Below are positions 52,201 to 60,232 of a stretch of DNA of 64,000 bases, in pieces. The notes beneath the pieces were generated by a model. The model was not told where the DNA came from. It made no database searches and worked only from the letters and a program-made list of their open reading frames with translations. Location: assembly GCA_035701285.1 (NCBI GenBank), contig DASSNT010000032.1, forward strand, positions 2,284-66,283, read 5' to 3'. The first letter of the stretch is position 1; each line of letters begins with the position of its first letter. A program made the position numbers and the translations under genes. The stretch is from Gammaproteobacteria bacterium. Lineage in GTDB: Bacteria; Pseudomonadota; Gammaproteobacteria; Natronospirales; DASSBR01.

Positions 52201-53547
52201 GTGGCCTTTTCTTTTCTGAATGGCTATGCCAACGATGCGCCCGTCGCCTGGCACGATGGGCGCGCTGTCGGGCGGCACGAGTTTGCGGCCGACGTGGCGG
52301 CGCTTCGAGCGCGTTTGCCGGTTGCCCGGTACCTGATCAACCTTTGCGACAACCGCTATGCCTTTCTGACGGCGTTCGCCGCGGCGCTGGCAGACCGGCG
52401 CATTACGCTGCTGCCGCCGGATGCCGGCGATGCAGGCCTGCTGGGTCTTTGCCGGCAGTACGAAGCCGCCGCCGTTGTTTCCGATCGGTCGCTGCCGTCG
52501 CTGCCGGTCCCGGTTTGTCAGTGGCGCCGCGCTGGCGGCGACAGTGGGAAAGCGAATGCCGTCCCGGCATCGTTTTCATCCGACCAGACGGCCGTGGTCG
52601 TACATACCTCCGGGAGTACCGGCGCGCCGCAGCCGCACATCAAGACATGGGGCGCGCTGGTGCGGCGCGCGCGTGCTGTGGGAGCGCGATTGGCACTCAA
52701 AGAGAGCCGCATCGCCGCAGTTGTAGCCACCGTGCCTTCCCAGCACATGTACGGCATCGAAAACGCGATCATGCTGCCGCTGCAGCATGGACTCGCGGTG
52801 CATGGCGAGCGGCCGCTGTTTCCGGCCGATGTGGCTGCCGCCCTCGACAAGCCGTCCCTGCTGGTGACCACGCCAATTCACCTGCGGGCTTTTACTGCGG
52901 CCGGGGTCGGTTGCACAGGCGTACGATTGATTTTGTCGTCGACGGCACCGCTCGCGATCGAGCAGGCGCGACGGGCGGAAGATTCCCTGGGCGCGCCCGT
53001 TGTCGAAATATATGGCAGCACTGAAACCGGTGTCGTCGCCACCCGGCGCACCAGCAGCGCCGATGAATGGCGCCTGCTCGAGTCTTTGCGGCTGCGGACG
53101 GAGTGCGGCGCGGTGCTCCTCGACGACGGTGGAGCCGATGTTGTCGTGGAGCTGCACGACTGCATCGAACTGCTCGGTGACGGCCGGTTCCGGCTGGGGC
53201 CGCGCGCGCAGGACATCGTCAAAGTGGCCGGCAAACGCGCTTCGCTCGCGGCGCTCACCGAGTCGTTGTGCGCCATCGCGGGGGTCGAGGACGCGGCATT
53301 CCTTGCGCCACACGAGCATGACGAGGCCGCATCGCGGCTGATTGCGTTCGTTGTTGCCCCACGCTGCAGTGAAGCGGAAATTGCCGCAAAGCTGCGGGCG
53401 CGTATCGACCCGATATTCCTGCCGCGACCGCTGGTCAAGGTCGAGGCACTGCCGCGCAATGCCACCGGAAAGCTTCCGCGCGAAGCGCTCCAGGAGCTGT
53501 GGGAAACGATTGCGTCAGGATGGACGCGTAGCTCAGATGCCGTCTGA
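52201..53547 (+). CDS. Adenylate-forming (ANL) acyl/aryl-ACP ligase
   Basis: 448 aa with a GTG start 2 nt after the ACP stop. Motifs HTSGSTGAPQ, YGSTETG, VKVAGKR and PRNATGKLPR. Confidence 0.85.
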   Translation: MAFSFLNGYANDAPVAWHDGRAVGRHEFAADVAALRARLPVARYLINLCDNRYAFLTAFAAALADRRITLLPPDAGDAGLLGLCRQYEAAAVVSDRSLPSLPVPVCQWRRAGGDSGKANAVPASFSSDQTAVVVHTSGSTGAPQPHIKTWGALVRRARAVGARLALKESRIAAVVATVPSQHMYGIENAIMLPLQHGLAVHGERPLFPADVAAALDKPSLLVTTPIHLRAFTAAGVGCTGVRLILSSTAPLAIEQARRAEDSLGAPVVEIYGSTETGVVATRRTSSADEWRLLESLRLRTECGAVLLDDGGADVVVELHDCIELLGDGRFRLGPRAQDIVKVAGKRASLAALTESLCAIAGVEDAAFLAPHEHDEAASRLIAFVVAPRCSEAEIAAKLRARIDPIFLPRPLVKVEALPRNATGKLPREALQELWETIASGWTRSSDAV

Positions 53548-53571
53548 CAAGCGCCGTCTTCCAGGTGGCAG

Positions 53572-54747
53572 ATGACGCCGATATCCGTCAGCGCATACAC
53601 CGCTACCAACGCCGCCGGAACCGGCCGCGCGGCGCTGCTGAATGCCCTGGTTGAGCGACGCTCCGGGCTGGCGCCGCTGCGGGAATACTCGGATCTGGAA
53701 GCATTCGTCGGCGAAATGGCCGGTCTTGATGCCATGCCGGTCGCGGCGGAGTTCGCGGAATACGACTGCCGCAATCACCGCCTCGCGCAACTGGCGCTGG
53801 ATCAGGACGGGTTTCGCGCGGCCGTGGCTCGCGCCGCCGCGCGCCACGGGGGCGGGCGCGTCGCGGTCGTCATGGCAACCAGCACGTCGGGTATCCGCGA
53901 GACCGAGGACGCCTACGACTATATGGCGGCGCAGGGGCGGCTGCCGGACGACTTTTGTTTCGACACCACGCACAGCATTCATTCGCTGGGGGAATTCGTG
54001 CGCCTGGCGTTACGCCTGGCCGGGCCGGCTTTCACGATCTCGACCGCCTGTTCGTCAAGCGCGAAAGTCTTCGCCAGCGCCGCGCGTCTGATCGCCGCCG
54101 GTGTCGTTGATGCAGCGGTGGTCGGCGGCGTCGACACGCTGTGCCGTAATACCTTGTACGGCTTCAATTCACTGCAACTGGTGTCGCGCGAGCCGTGCCG
54201 GCCGTGCGATCGTGATCGCGACGGCATCAGCATCGGCGAGGGAGCAGGCTTCGCCTTGCTGGAACGCGGGGATGCCGACGGCTTGCGGCTCATCGGCTAT
54301 GGCGAAAGCAGCGACGCCTGGCATATGTCCGCGCCGCATCCAAATGGACGCGGCGCACAGGCGGCGATGCGCTCCGCTTTGCGGTGCGCCGGCGTCGATG
54401 CTGCCGCAATCGATTACATCAATCTGCACGGCACCGCCAGCATTATCAACGACCGTATCGAAGACAAGGCGGTGGCGGCGGTGTTTGGCGGCACCAGGCC
54501 GTGCAGCTCGACCAAAGGCTGGACCGGACATACCCTCGGCGCCGCCGGCGCGACCGAGGCGGTCATCGCTTGCCTGTGCCTGGAGAACGGACTGGCGCCG
54601 GGCTGCCTGAACTCGGCCAGCGTGGATCCGACGTTCGCCAGCCGGGTGCTGCTGGACAACGACAGTCGGACATTGCGCCGGGTGTTGAGTAACTCGTTGG
54701 GGTTTGCGGGCAACAATTGCAGCCTGATTTTCGAGCGCTGCGGATGA
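53572..54747 (+). CDS. Beta-ketoacyl-ACP synthase (KAS I/II-type KS)
   Basis: 391 aa. Active-site Cys (ISTACSSS), His residues (HMSAPHP, NLHGTAS) and SSTKGWTGHTLGAAG. Confidence 0.9.
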   Translation: MTPISVSAYTATNAAGTGRAALLNALVERRSGLAPLREYSDLEAFVGEMAGLDAMPVAAEFAEYDCRNHRLAQLALDQDGFRAAVARAAARHGGGRVAVVMATSTSGIRETEDAYDYMAAQGRLPDDFCFDTTHSIHSLGEFVRLALRLAGPAFTISTACSSSAKVFASAARLIAAGVVDAAVVGGVDTLCRNTLYGFNSLQLVSREPCRPCDRDRDGISIGEGAGFALLERGDADGLRLIGYGESSDAWHMSAPHPNGRGAQAAMRSALRCAGVDAAAIDYINLHGTASIINDRIEDKAVAAVFGGTRPCSSTKGWTGHTLGAAGATEAVIACLCLENGLAPGCLNSASVDPTFASRVLLDNDSRTLRRVLSNSLGFAGNNCSLIFERCG

Positions 54748-55532
54748 AAGTATGGCTTGAGGGCATCGGCATCTGGGGGCCCGGCATGACCGGCTGGGCC
54801 GGTTGCCGGGCACGGCTGACCTGCGGGTCCGGCAAGCTTGACGATTTCCGGGAACCACCGGCTGCCGTATTGCCGGCGCAGGAACGGCGGCGCAGCACTG
54901 CCAGCGTCCGTCTGGCAGCGGAAGTTGCCGCGCAGGTCTGCGCAGCCGCCGGGCGCGACGCGGCAGATTATGCGACCGTGTCGGCATCGAGCGTCGGCGA
55001 CCTCGCCACGGTAGACGCCATTTGCAGGGCGCTGGTGGCTGATGCGCGGCTGCTGTCGCCCACCCGGTTTCACAATTCGGTGCACAACGCCCCCGGCGGC
55101 TATTGGAGCATCGTGAGCGGTTGCGAGCAGCCGGCCAATGCATTGGCCGCCGGTCCTGCGTCGTTCGCTGCCGGTCTTCTCGAAGCGGCGGTTCAATGCG
55201 CCTTGGAGGCGCGCCCGGTGATGTTGCTGGTTTACGATCTGCCGGGGCCTTCGCCGCTGGCCGAGGCGGCCGGCATCGGCGCCGGCTTTGCAGCGGCATT
55301 AGGGTTGAGTCCCGCGCCCGCTGCCGGCGCGCCGGCATTGGAAATCCGCTATGATGAAAATCAGACGCCGGAGACGGTCATGGAGGACCCGGCGCTTGAA
55401 GCGCTGCGTCGCGGCGCGCCCGGCGCCCGATGCCTGCCGTTGCTGTCGGCAGTCGCAGGCGGCGCAGGCGGCGCCGTGAAGCTGGGCATGGGAGCCGGAA
55501 GCCTGGCCATCACAGTCAGTCCGGCACAATGA
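54744..55532 (+). CDS. KS-like chain-length-factor protein (Ketoacyl-synt_2 type, no active-site Cys)
   Basis: 262 aa. ATGA coupling to the KS gene. Motifs LPAQERRRST, SSVGDLATVDAICRAL and FHNSVHNAPGGYWSI. Confidence 0.75.
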   Translation: MKVWLEGIGIWGPGMTGWAGCRARLTCGSGKLDDFREPPAAVLPAQERRRSTASVRLAAEVAAQVCAAAGRDAADYATVSASSVGDLATVDAICRALVADARLLSPTRFHNSVHNAPGGYWSIVSGCEQPANALAAGPASFAAGLLEAAVQCALEARPVMLLVYDLPGPSPLAEAAGIGAGFAAALGLSPAPAAGAPALEIRYDENQTPETVMEDPALEALRRGAPGARCLPLLSAVAGGAGGAVKLGMGAGSLAITVSPAQ

Positions 55533-55557
55533 AATCATAACGACGCAAGGAAGCAAA

Positions 55558-56295
55558 ATGCCGGTAGCCGACGCCGTTGTAGTGGTGATTCCCGCTTATG
55601 AGGAAGAGGAAACAATAACGTCTGTCGTCGCCGGGGCGCGACAGCAGATTTTGACGGTCATCGTCGTGGACGACGGCTCCACCGACGCAACCGGCGCTCG
55701 CGCTGCTGCGGCGGGTGCAACCGTGCTGACGCACCCGAAGAATCAGGGCAAGGCGGCGGCCTTGCGCAGCGGATTCGACTGGGCGCTCCGTCTGGGGGCG
55801 CGCGCGGTGATCACGCTGGACGGCGACGGACAGCACGATCCGGCGGACATCCCGCGGCTCGTTGATGCCGCGGATCGGCGTCCTGGCGCGCTGATCATCG
55901 GCGCCCGCAGTTCGCGCCGGGAAGGCGCCCCGCGGGCACGGTACTGGGCCAATGGTGTCGCGGATTTCTGGATTTCCCGCGCCGCCGGCTGCCGCATCAG
56001 CGACAGCCAGTCCGGATTCAGGCTATATCCGGAAGCGCTGCTGAGAAGCTGCCGACTCGCGGTAACCAGGGAGAAGAGCTTCGTGTTTGAAAGCGAAATT
56101 TTGATTGACGCGGCGCTCTCCGGCTATCCGGTGGTGGCGGTCCCGGTAGCGAGTCGCTACCCCGTGAACGCGCGCAAGAGTCATTTCCGTCCGGTAGTCG
56201 ACATCAGCCGGATCGTCCGCATGGTCGCCTGGAAGATCGTCTCCGGACGCCACCTGCCCGAACGCGCCTCGGCGCCGAGGTCCGAAACCCGATGA
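55558..56295 (+). CDS. Family 2 glycosyltransferase
   Basis: 245 aa. Motifs VVIPAYEEE, VVDDGSTD and DGDGQHD. No TM segment. Confidence 0.85.
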   Translation: MPVADAVVVVIPAYEEEETITSVVAGARQQILTVIVVDDGSTDATGARAAAAGATVLTHPKNQGKAAALRSGFDWALRLGARAVITLDGDGQHDPADIPRLVDAADRRPGALIIGARSSRREGAPRARYWANGVADFWISRAAGCRISDSQSGFRLYPEALLRSCRLAVTREKSFVFESEILIDAALSGYPVVAVPVASRYPVNARKSHFRPVVDISRIVRMVAWKIVSGRHLPERASAPRSETR

Positions 56296-57521
56296 AAACC
56301 GACATTCTGGTCATTGGCGGCGGCCCCGGCGGCTCGACTGCCGCAACGCTGCTCGCTCGACAGGGCTGGCAGGTCACGCTGCTGGAAAAGGCGCATCATC
56401 CCCGATTTCATATCGGCGAATCGCTGCTGCCGATGAACATGCCGATCCTGCAGGAGCTGGGGGTATTCGATGCCGTCGCGAAGATCGGCGTGCCCAAGCA
56501 TGGCGCCGACTTTGCCGGTCCAACTGACACTTCTTTCAGTACTTATTACTTCCGCGACGCGCTCAGGTGCCGCTTTCCTCACGCATTCCAGGTCAAGCGC
56601 GAGGAATTTGACGAACTGCTGTTCCGTCATGCGGCGGCTAACGGCGTGATTGCACGCGAAGGCGTGCAGGTCGAACAGGTGGCCTGGGAGGCGGACGGGC
56701 GCGCGGTTGCGGAGATCGTGGACGAAGTCGGCAACCGGTCCCGCATCGAGGCGCGCTACGTGGTGGATGCCAGCGGCCGCGATACTCTGCTGGCCAACCA
56801 GTTCAAGCTCAAGCGCCAGAACCCGAAGCACCGCAGCGCGGCGATGTATGCGCATTTTCGCGGCGTGACGGGCCGCAATGGCCAGGACGCGGGCAACATC
56901 GGCATCTATTGGATTGAGCACGGCTGGGGCTGGATGATTCCGCTGCGTAACGGGATCACGAGCGTCGGTTGTGTCTGCTGGCCGGAGTATCTCAAGCAGC
57001 GCCGCGGCATCGCGCAGGACAAGTTCCTGCTGGACACGTTGCGCGCGGTGCCGTCGATGTGGAGCCGACTGGAAAACGCGGAGATGGTGTCGGACGTGAT
57101 GATGGCGGGCAATTATTCCTATGATTGCTCGCAGATCGCCGGCAAGGGCTGGATCATGGTCGGCGATGCCTTTTCCTTTCTTGACCCGGTATTTTCCTCC
57201 GGCGTCTACCTGGCGATGTCGAGCGCACGGCGTGCTGCCGCCGCGGTGGACGCGATTTTGCGCAAGCCGGCCCGCGAAGGGGCTTTGCAGCGGCGCTACG
57301 AGCGCGAGACGCGGAGCGGGCTGAAGAAGTTTTCGTGGTTTATCTATCGGTTTACGACGCCGACGATCCAGAAGCTGTTTAACCAGCCGCGCAATACCTT
57401 GCAAATTCAGCAGGCGGTCACGTCGATGCTCGCCGGAGACGTGTATCGTAACCGGCCGGCTGATCGGCGCTTGCTGTTGTTCAAATTGATTTATCGCCTT
57501 ACCGGGGCTCGTGCCGCTTAG
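56292..57521 (+). CDS. FAD-dependent oxidoreductase, flavin-dependent halogenase-like
   Basis: 409 aa. Motifs GGGPGG, EKAHHPRFHIGESLLP, GWGWMIPL (WxWxIP) and GDAFSFLDPVFSSG. ATGA coupling to the GT gene. Confidence 0.75.
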   Translation: MKTDILVIGGGPGGSTAATLLARQGWQVTLLEKAHHPRFHIGESLLPMNMPILQELGVFDAVAKIGVPKHGADFAGPTDTSFSTYYFRDALRCRFPHAFQVKREEFDELLFRHAAANGVIAREGVQVEQVAWEADGRAVAEIVDEVGNRSRIEARYVVDASGRDTLLANQFKLKRQNPKHRSAAMYAHFRGVTGRNGQDAGNIGIYWIEHGWGWMIPLRNGITSVGCVCWPEYLKQRRGIAQDKFLLDTLRAVPSMWSRLENAEMVSDVMMAGNYSYDCSQIAGKGWIMVGDAFSFLDPVFSSGVYLAMSSARRAAAAVDAILRKPAREGALQRRYERETRSGLKKFSWFIYRFTTPTIQKLFNQPRNTLQIQQAVTSMLAGDVYRNRPADRRLLLFKLIYRLTGARAA

Positions 57522-57538
57522 CGTTTGGTCTCACGCGA

Positions 57539-57650
57539 GAGAGGCGGCGCGGCACCGTCTTCCAGGGACGCCGTGAATACGTCCCTGTAGGCTGCGGTCG
57601 CAGCATCCATGCTGCTCACGCCCCTGGAAGACGGCGCCGCACCGCCTCTC
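57539..57650 (+). repeat. REP-like hairpin element, copy C (long form); probable cassette terminator
   Basis: 29-nt arms GAGAGGCGGCGCGGCACCGTCTTCCAGGG and CCCTGGAAGACGGCGCCGCACCGCCTCTC (2 mismatches) around a 54-nt loop. It begins 18 nt after the halogenase stop. Confidence 0.75.
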
Positions 57651-57725
57651 CGAACCGTTGAGGCCTCATTCGAGCGATCCATATGGGTCTCAAAATCGGC
57701 CGCGACTCGTTGGGGGCATCCCCTG

Positions 57726-57731
57726 TATAAT
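57726..57731 (+). promoter_or_regulatory. Consensus -10 hexamer TATAAT upstream of the IR element and tRNA-Leu(UAG)
   Basis: CCCTGTATAATGGGTGT. The inverted-repeat element starts 5 nt downstream. No good -35 is seen. Confidence 0.4.
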
Positions 57732-57735
57732 GGGT

Positions 57736-57998
57736 GTGGTCTTCCAAGACAATATTTCCGGTTTCAGCGCCCCGGAGAGTCGTCCGGGCAAGGCGCCGAG
57801 CCGAAAGCGTAGCCGCCTACGGTGAGGATTGGCAACGCAGCACGGGCGGCTCTCCGGGGCGCCCGAAGGGAGTTCGCCTGCCGGCCCCTGGCCGCGTTGC
57901 GGCGACTTGACATGGATGGCCATGCCGGCGTCACCGCGCCTTGCCAGGAACCGGCAGGCGAGCTCTGAAATCCGGCAATATTGTCTTGGAAGACCACT
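57736..57998 (+). other. 263-nt element with perfect 21-bp terminal inverted repeats (candidate structured ncRNA or MITE)
   Basis: GTGGTCTTCCAAGACAATATT (57736-57756) is the exact reverse complement of 57978-57998. Pairing continues inward (CCGG, TTTCAG/CTGAAA, CAAGGCGC/GCGCCTTG) around asymmetric bubbles. Confidence 0.6.
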
Positions 57999-58002
57999 TG
58001 CG

Positions 58003-58090
58003 CGAAAGTGGCGGAACTGGTAGACGCGCTGGCTTTAGGTGCCAGTGGGGCGCTCCCCCGTGAGAGTTCGAGTCTCTCCTTTCGCACCAC
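58003..58090 (+). tRNA. tRNA-Leu (anticodon UAG)
   Basis: GCGAAAGTGGCGGAACTGGTAGACGCGCTGGCTTTAGGTGCCAGTGGGGCGCTCCCCCGTGAGAGTTCGAGTCTCTCCTTTCGCACCA folds as a class II cloverleaf. The anticodon loop is TT-TAG-GT. CCA is encoded. Confidence 0.9.
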
Positions 58091-58162
58091 GATTCAGGTC
58101 TTCAATTTTCCTGTCATCATTCATTCTCAACGTTTCCAGAACATCAAAGAGGTAGACCCGGC

Positions 58163-59495
58163 ATGGAGGTTTCAGTCGAATCAACCGGCGCACTTGAGCG
58201 CCGTATGCGGGTGCAGATCCCGTCCGAGCAGGTGGAAAGCGAGGTGGACAAGCGCCTGCAGTCGGTGGGCCAGCGCGCCAAGCTGAAAGGTTTCCGGCCC
58301 GGCAAGGTGCCGATGAAGGTTGTGCGCCAGCAGTATGGCGCGGAAGTGCGCCAGGACGTGGTGCGCGATCTGCTGCAGTCGAGTTGGGTCGATGCGATCA
58401 AGGAGCAGCAACTGGAGCCTGCCGGCGGGCCGAAGATCGACGATATCAGCGCCGAGCCCGGTTCAAACATGGAATATACGGCCATCTTCGAGGTGTATCC
58501 GGAGATCAAGGTCGACAACGTCGACAAACTCAAGGTTTCGCGCCCGGAGGTTGAAATTCAGCCGGCTGACATCGACAGCATGCTTGAGCGCCTGCGCGAG
58601 CAGAATGCGTCCTTCGAGCCGGTTGAGCGGCCGGCAGCCGAGGGCGACCAGGTGAAGGTTGATTTCCACGGCACGAAGGATGGCAAGGCCTTTCCGGGCG
58701 GTCATGGCGAGAACGTCGACGTCGTGCTCGGCGAGGGCCGTATGATTCCGGGCTTCGAGTCCGGTATCGAGGGCATGAGCGCCGGCGAAGAGCGCGACAT
58801 CGAGGTGACTTTCCCGGACGAGTACCCGGTTGAGGACCTGAAGGGCCAGAAGGCCAATTTCCATCTGAAGGCGCACGAGGTGGCCGAGCGCCGGGTGCCG
58901 GGTGCCGGAGATCGATGACGAGTTTGTCAAAAAGTTCGGCATCGAGTCTGGCGGCGTGGACGCGTTGCGCGACAAGATTCGCGACAACATGCAGCGCGAG
59001 CTGGATGAAAATGTCCGCACCAAGTTGAAAAATCAGCTTATGGACCAATTATTCGAAGCTAACCCGGTCGATGTGCCCGCGGCGCTGGTCGAAAACGAGG
59101 TCCAGCGCGTGCGCGAGGACACGCTGCGGCGGATGGGCATCAACGACCCGAAGCAGGCGCCGGACCTGCCGAACGATATGTTCGAGGAGCAGGCCCGCAA
59201 GCGGGTCGGGCTCGGCCTGCTGATCGGCGAGTTGATCAAGCGCGAGGAGATCAAGGCGGACGAGGAGCGCGTGCAGCAGAAGCTTGAAGCGATTACGGCG
59301 AGCTATGGCGAATCGGAACAGATGATTCGCGCCTACCGCGCCAATGCCGATGCAATGCGTCAGGTTGAAAGCCTGGTGCTGGAAGACCAGGTGACGGACT
59401 GGCTGCTGGAGCGCGCTGACGTCACTGCCGAGCCGAGCAGTTTTGCTGCAGTGATGGGGATGGAACCGGCTGCGGCCGAAGAGGAGAAATCATGA
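58163..59495 (+). pseudogene. tig: Trigger factor, interrupted by a frameshift (7-bp tandem duplication at 58893-58906)
   Basis: ORF 58163-58918 carries the N-domain (GFRPGKVP signature) and the FKBP PPIase domain. ORF 58902-59495 (GTG) carries the C-domain. Deleting one GGGTGCC copy gives a continuous ...AERRVPEIDDEFVKKFG... protein of about 441 aa. Confidence 0.85.
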
Positions 59496-60124
59496 GCAAG
59501 TTCGAGAACGGCTTCGAGGGGGGGCGCGCCCAGGGTTTGGTGCCGATGGTGGTCGAGCAGACTGCCCGCGGCGAGCGTGCCTACGACATCTATTCCCGCC
59601 TCCTCAAGGAGCGGCTGATCTTTATTGTCGGGCCGATCGAGGACCACATGGCGAACCTGATCGTGGCCCAGTTGCTGTTCCTCGAGTCGGAGAACCCGGA
59701 CAAGGACATCCAGCTTTACATTAATTCGCCCGGCGGTTCGGTGAGCGCGGGTCTCGCCATTTACGACACCATGCAGTTCATCAAGCCGCAGGTCAGCACG
59801 CTATGCACCGGCATGGCGGCCAGCATGGGCGCGGTGCTGCTGACGGCTGGCGCGGCCGGCAAACGCTACGCGCTGCCCAACTCGCGGGTGATGATTCACC
59901 AGCCTTCGGGCGGCTTTCAGGGCCAGCAGTCGGACGTGGAAATCCATGCCCGCGAGATGCTGCGGGTGCGCGACGCGCTCAACCAGATCATCTCGAAGCA
60001 CACTGGTCAGCCGATCGAACAGGTGCGGTCCGACACCGAGCGCGACCGCTTCATGAGCGGCGAGGACGCCGTCGAGTACGGCCTGATCGACTCGGTGCTG
60101 GAGCAGCGTGCCGCGGCCAAATAA
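59492..60124 (+). CDS. clpP: ATP-dependent Clp protease proteolytic subunit
   Basis: 210 aa. Motifs [29 protein letters not shown] (Ser) and MIHQP (His). Confidence 0.95.
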   Translation: MSKFENGFEGGRAQGLVPMVVEQTARGERAYDIYSRLLKERLIFIVGPIEDHMANLIVAQLLFLESENPDKDIQLYINSPGGSVSAGLAIYDTMQFIKPQVSTLCTGMAASMGAVLLTAGAAGKRYALPNSRVMIHQPSGGFQGQQSDVEIHAREMLRVRDALNQIISKHTGQPIEQVRSDTERDRFMSGEDAVEYGLIDSVLEQRAAAK

Positions 60125-60232
60125 CGCGGCACGACCGCGACCGGTCGTTTGTCGGCGCCAAACGGCTTTGCGCGTCGAGCCTCGCATGCTATACATGACA
60201 TGCGAGCAAATAGCGAGCTAGACACGAGGTAA

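Noticed and set aside
57736-57998. Identification of the inverted-repeat element as 6S RNA, RNase P RNA, tmRNA, SRP RNA, a retron msr/msd or a riboswitch.
   Set aside because: I could not find the conserved sequence blocks I know for these: GAGGAAAGTCC (RNase P), the GGTCAGGTCCGGAAGGAAGCAGCC core (SRP) or the tRNA-like ends of tmRNA. There is no reverse transcriptase or regulated CDS downstream. At 263 nt it is long for 6S RNA, and the zapA-ssrS-ygfA context is absent. It is kept only as an unclassified candidate.
58902-59495. Treating the second tig ORF as an independent, normally annotated gene.
   Set aside because: It is in-frame continuous with tig ORF1 once one copy of a 7-bp duplication is removed. 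No SD precedes GTG 58902. It is reported as a frameshifted tig gene instead.
60125-60232. Hairpins in the clpP-clpX spacer (ACGACC...GGTCGT, and CTCGCATG-CTATACATGA-CATGCGAG) as a terminator or promoter.
   Set aside because: The stems are short, no U-tract follows, and no convincing -35/-10 pair is visible. They could be a partial attenuator, but the evidence is too weak to annotate.
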